Shown here: positions 46,192 to 49,662 of the stretch, piece after piece | Layout of the letters: each line of letters opens with the position of its first letter | Numbering within the stretch: position 1 is the first letter of the stretch | NCBI GenBank assembly: GCA_002726495.1 | Contig: PBTH01000046.1 | Location: 1-49,662 of the forward strand | Direction of reading: 5' to 3' | DNA: 49,662 bases | Origin: Methanobacteriota archaeon | GTDB taxonomy: Archaea; Thermoplasmatota; Poseidoniia; Poseidoniales; Poseidoniaceae | Made by a program: the position numbers and the translations under genes | Notes under the pieces: generated by a model | Database searches by the model: none | What the model was told of the DNA's origin: nothing | The model's input: only the letters and a program-made list of their open reading frames with translations

Positions 46192-47190
46192 ATGGCACAT
46201 ATTGCTGTTTTAGGGCTTGGGAACTGGGGTACTGCTATCGCTCGACTGTGGTTGCTTGAGGGACACAAAGTGAAAGGTTGGACCATCGAGGAAGAAGTAT
46301 ACCAGTCTATAACACTCGACGATGTCAATGCAAAGTACCTTCCCAACCATCCTGTCAAGGGCCTAGATGCAACAATGCACCTTTCCGAGGCACTCAAAGA
46401 GAGTGAAATTATTGTTCTTGCTGTACCCTCTTCGGTGATCCTTGATGTCGTAGAAGACATCATGCCACACCTTCAACCTGGACATGTATTGCTTGACCTT
46501 GCCAAAGGCTTGGCTCCTGGAAAACGATTGATTTCTCAAGCCATTCATGGAATGTTGAAAGATGCTGGAAAAACAAATCCTCTCGCTGTTCTGACCGGAC
46601 CTACCATCGCACCAGAAGCTGCTGGCGGTGTCATGACCACGGCACTGGTCGCCAGTGAAGACGATGCTGTAGCAAATCGACTTGCAAGTACGCTCAGCAC
46701 GCCAAGTTTCATCCTTCATCCTGCGAGTGACCCGGTAGGGGCAGAATTGTGGGGGGCATACAAGAATGTTGTAGCCCTAGCATGCGGTCTTGTTGACGGG
46801 CTTAAACAAGTCGGAGACCTTGGAGGAGACAATTTGAAAGCGGCCATATTTATGTCTGGATTCAAAGAAGGTTGCCTCTTGCTCGCTGAACTTGGAGCTC
46901 GTGCTGAAGTTGCCTTTGGCCCTGCGGGACTGGGCGACATGTATGTCACTGCAACCTCCCCACATGGGAGAAACCGTAGCATGGGGGAAAAACTTGGCAC
47001 TGGCCTCTCTCTTGAACAAGCATTGGATGAAATGCACATGGTCGCTGAGGGAGTACGAGCAACCCGAATGTTCATTGAAAGAGCAGAGGATAGTGGACTC
47101 AATGTTCCATTCACTAAAGCACTCAATACGCTGCTCGATGGCGATATTGATGCGGAAGAATGCTGCAGAAGAATGGTCGCACTTGGTTGA
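46192..47190 (+). CDS. gpsA: NAD(P)H-dependent glycerol-3-phosphate dehydrogenase
   Basis: Motifs GLGNWGTA, LAVPS, AKGL, GPTIA, GAYKNVVALACG, GDNLKAA, AGLGDM..T..S..RNR and VAEG. Start 46192 preferred over 46171. Confidence 0.93.
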   Translation: MAHIAVLGLGNWGTAIARLWLLEGHKVKGWTIEEEVYQSITLDDVNAKYLPNHPVKGLDATMHLSEALKESEIIVLAVPSSVILDVVEDIMPHLQPGHVLLDLAKGLAPGKRLISQAIHGMLKDAGKTNPLAVLTGPTIAPEAAGGVMTTALVASEDDAVANRLASTLSTPSFILHPASDPVGAELWGAYKNVVALACGLVDGLKQVGDLGGDNLKAAIFMSGFKEGCLLLAELGARAEVAFGPAGLGDMYVTATSPHGRNRSMGEKLGTGLSLEQALDEMHMVAEGVRATRMFIERAEDSGLNVPFTKALNTLLDGDIDAEECCRRMVALG

Positions 47191-47237
47191 CCAAGGTCCA
47201 TCGGTGAGGTTTTGAGGAAGAGCCTCGTGAGCGTACT

Positions 47238-47453
47238 ATGTCCGAGGAACTCTCTGCATTTGAAGGCAAGTTATTGAAATGGCTTTCAAAGAGTGAATTT
47301 CATGTCGTACCGTGGTCAACCAAAGATGCTGCAAAGACATTCAAAGTTTCAGAAGATGAAATCTATGAAGCAATCGCTGCTTTGAGTAAGAAAGCATCCG
47401 ACCGAATTCAAGTATTCTACAAGGACGGCTCATTGCACATTGCTGCAGATTGA
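47238..47453 (+). CDS. Small hypothetical protein, possibly winged helix
   Basis: 71 aa; pattern WSTKDAAKTFKVSEDEIYEAIAAL followed by a beta hairpin; fills the gap. Confidence 0.65.
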   Translation: MSEELSAFEGKLLKWLSKSEFHVVPWSTKDAAKTFKVSEDEIYEAIAALSKKASDRIQVFYKDGSLHIAAD

Positions 47454-47454
47454 A

Positions 47455-48351
47455 TCATTCGGATGACGGCTGTTGCTCATCTGGATTCTTTGATTTCGTA
47501 AGTTTAAGCAACAAATTCAACCAAGATGGTTTTCGCACATCTCCTTGCTCGTTGACAAATGAGCGAGCAAGCAATGAAATTAGATCGATGATAATGACTA
47601 CTACGAAAATAAGAAGGAGCAAGGCGAAGACTTTGTCATATTGCAGGAATTTTAGATAATTGTTGATGTAATATCCAACGCCTCCAGCACCAACAATCCC
47701 AATCACAGTGCCATGCCGTACATTGTATTCAAACATGAATATGAGTTGACTCAAGAGATGATTGCTGTTCTCTGGTACAACAATGTTGAGCGTAATGCTG
47801 CTCTTTGATAGCCCCATTGCTCGACCTGCTTCCAACGGACCGCTGTGCATCCCCTCAAAGGTCTCATATTGTAATTTTCCAAGATATCCTACGGTGTAAA
47901 ATGTCATGGCGAGAACACCTGCAAGCGGGCCAAAGCCAATCACGATAACGAAAATTATAGCCCAAATTAGGCTTGGAAGACTGCGAACAAAGGATAGCAG
48001 AATACGAACGGGGATGGAAATCCGAACGGATTGAAGGTTTCTTGCCGCTAATGGCGAGAGAAGAATGGCCCCGATGAACCCTAAGATGGTTGATACAAAA
48101 GCAATTTTCAGCGTTTCCATCATACCGATATAGCCCACCGAACAAAAGAGTTCTACATTTGATTCACACACTGGGTAAGAACGTGCTTCAAGGACACTCC
48201 AATCGGGGGGCCACATGCTCTCTGTGAAAAAGACATAGAGATTTTCAAAACCTCCGGTAAAGCGACCCCAATCACCTCCGACAAGGTCGCCGAGTATCGC
48301 CAAAGCAATGACTGTAAGTCCCCCAATAATGAGGTAAAGACGAAATTTCAT
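47455..48351 (-). CDS. phnE: PhnE-like ABC permease
   Basis: Motifs WPPDW, ETLKIA, RSLPSLIWA, GPLAGVLA, GKL..E and FEYNVR...GIVGAGGVG. Confidence 0.9.
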   Translation of the reverse strand: MKFRLYLIIGGLTVIALAILGDLVGGDWGRFTGGFENLYVFFTESMWPPDWSVLEARSYPVCESNVELFCSVGYIGMMETLKIAFVSTILGFIGAILLSPLAARNLQSVRISIPVRILLSFVRSLPSLIWAIIFVIVIGFGPLAGVLAMTFYTVGYLGKLQYETFEGMHSGPLEAGRAMGLSKSSITLNIVVPENSNHLLSQLIFMFEYNVRHGTVIGIVGAGGVGYYINNYLKFLQYDKVFALLLLIFVVVIIIDLISLLARSFVNEQGDVRKPSWLNLLLKLTKSKNPDEQQPSSE

Positions 48352-49064
48352 TCTTCTTCACCTCCCTGGAAATAGTAAAGTGAGCGCATGCGTTTTACCC
48401 ATTCTTCAATAGGGGTATCAGTGAATGTTCCATCAATGAGTTCCCAAATACGACTGGCGTATTTAATCGCATGATCGGCATGATGCTCAACCATGATCAA
48501 ACTTGCACCCTTAGCAACCAGAGGCTGAACAGCATCCATGACGGCCTTGGCATTTGCATCATCGAGTTCACTAAGAAATTCATCAGCGAGAATTAATTGA
48601 GGGCGTTGAGCCAGCGTCCGTGCAGTGGCAACACGTCGTTGTTGACCGCCCGAAAGACGGCGAACAGGTTCGGATGCTTTATCCTCAATGCCCAATATCT
48701 TGAGCGCATCAAGGGTTTTTTCCCGGCGTTCCCCGTACATCGAAAACGACCATTTCATCCGCACTCCCGCCCCAAGCGAGACATTGTGCGCCACAGTAGC
48801 ATGTCGGATCAAGCCAAGGTTTTGTGGAATGTATCCGAGACCTCCTTTGGCATCAACAGAAAGAGCGCAACTCCCCTCAAGCGGCATCACGACTCCAGCG
48901 ATGGTTCGCATCAGTGTTGTTTTACCAATACCAGAAGGGCCGAGAACAGCGATAATTTCGCCCTCATTAACCTTAGCAGAAATGGGTTCTGAAAGGGGTT
49001 CATTGTATCCGATGACGAGATTGTGGAGTGAAAGAAGGCGCCGGCTCATGAACTTCCTCTCCAT
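48348..49064 (-). CDS. phnC: PhnC-like ABC ATP-binding protein
   Basis: Walker A GPSGIGKTT, signature LSGGQQRRV, Walker B LILADE; 4-nt overlap with phnE. Confidence 0.88.
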   Translation of the reverse strand: MERKFMSRRLLSLHNLVIGYNEPLSEPISAKVNEGEIIAVLGPSGIGKTTLMRTIAGVVMPLEGSCALSVDAKGGLGYIPQNLGLIRHATVAHNVSLGAGVRMKWSFSMYGERREKTLDALKILGIEDKASEPVRRLSGGQQRRVATARTLAQRPQLILADEFLSELDDANAKAVMDAVQPLVAKGASLIMVEHHADHAIKYASRIWELIDGTFTDTPIEEWVKRMRSLYYFQGGEEE

Positions 49065-49117
49065 GTTTGCGATAACCAGTGACTTTTCAAGTATAGCCCT
49101 GAGACCTACATTTCAAA

Positions 49118-49662
49118 TTACTCTGAGGAACTGAGAATTTTTCGTGAGGCTTTGACCATTTGAACCAATTGAATTCGGGCCTCTTCGGGACTAGAAACCT
49201 CATGTTCAAAAGCGATACGAATGGGATGAACGCCATCGGGCAGTGTAGCTTCCATCTCAAATCCATAGCGGTCAATCGTCGTCATGATCGCAGATTGTGT
49301 CGATGTCGCTTTGCTCATGGCTTTGCAGTATGCAATCAAAGCATCGGAATGATCTTCGTTCATATGCTCAACAATGTCCTTGGAATGAGGACCGATAGGA
49401 TCTGGACTGGCATCCATCCATTCTTCATCTTCAAACCATGACATGCGACCAAATCCACCGATGTAACGTATTGACGCAACGTTCAATCTGAAAAAGAAAA
49501 AGTCTCTAAAATCAACGTAGGCGATTGCGCTTGGGTGGTCGTTCAAGAAAGCCTCCCTAGCCCCTTCAATTTCATGCTCTTCAAGCTTCAAGCATTCGCC
49601 AAGAAGTGTTACCCGGGCAGATGCAAGAGGATTTTCCTCGGTATTGTCTGAAATAAGCAATG
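49118..49662 (-). CDS. 3' part of a HugZ/PNPOx-like split-barrel protein with DUF2470 domain (5' end outside the window)
   Basis: Motifs ARVTLLG, DFFFFRL...RYIGGFGRMSW, IVEHMNEDH and IDRYGFE. Confidence 0.8.
   Translation of the reverse strand, partial: LLISDNTEENPLASARVTLLGECLKLEEHEIEGAREAFLNDHPSAIAYVDFRDFFFFRLNVASIRYIGGFGRMSWFEDEEWMDASPDPIGPHSKDIVEHMNEDHSDALIAYCKAMSKATSTQSAIMTTIDRYGFEMEATLPDGVHPIRIAFEHEVSSPEEARIQLVQMVKASRKILSSSE

Noticed and set aside
1-49662. tRNA, rRNA, CRISPR, integrase/transposase, defence or prophage genes
   Set aside because: None recognised. Intergenic gaps are short and nearly all sequence is explained by CDSs. A covariance-model scan would be needed to exclude small RNAs.

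Overview
Gene-dense archaeal chromosomal segment, most likely from a Marine Group II euryarchaeote (Poseidoniales). This is an inference from archaeal-type RibL, RibB and endonuclease IV-like genes, GGTGA/GGAGG ribosome-binding sites and a PGF-CTERM-like anchor, mixed with many bacterial-type genes. I saw no rRNA, tRNA, CRISPR array or mobile element. Main contents: (i) an hcrCAB-like (4-hydroxybenzoyl-CoA reductase-type) molybdo-flavo-FeS operon, with xdhC, mocA and moeZ-like maturation genes elsewhere in the window; (ii) a complete, O2-dependent, protoporphyrin-type heme cluster (hemA, hemC-hemD fusion, hemB, hemL, hemE, hemF, hemY, hemH) next to a mosaic riboflavin/FAD operon; (iii) a protein with GPI ethanolamine-phosphate transferase (PIG-O/PIG-G)-like architecture; (iv) bacterial-type orn and gpsA; (v) a split phnD ... 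phnCE transporter; (vi) a pseudo-receiver gene that appears to start at a non-canonical ATC codon behind an RBS-occluding hairpin; and (vii) a 1343-aa polytopic membrane protein of unknown function. All family calls come from motif recognition by eye; no searches were run.
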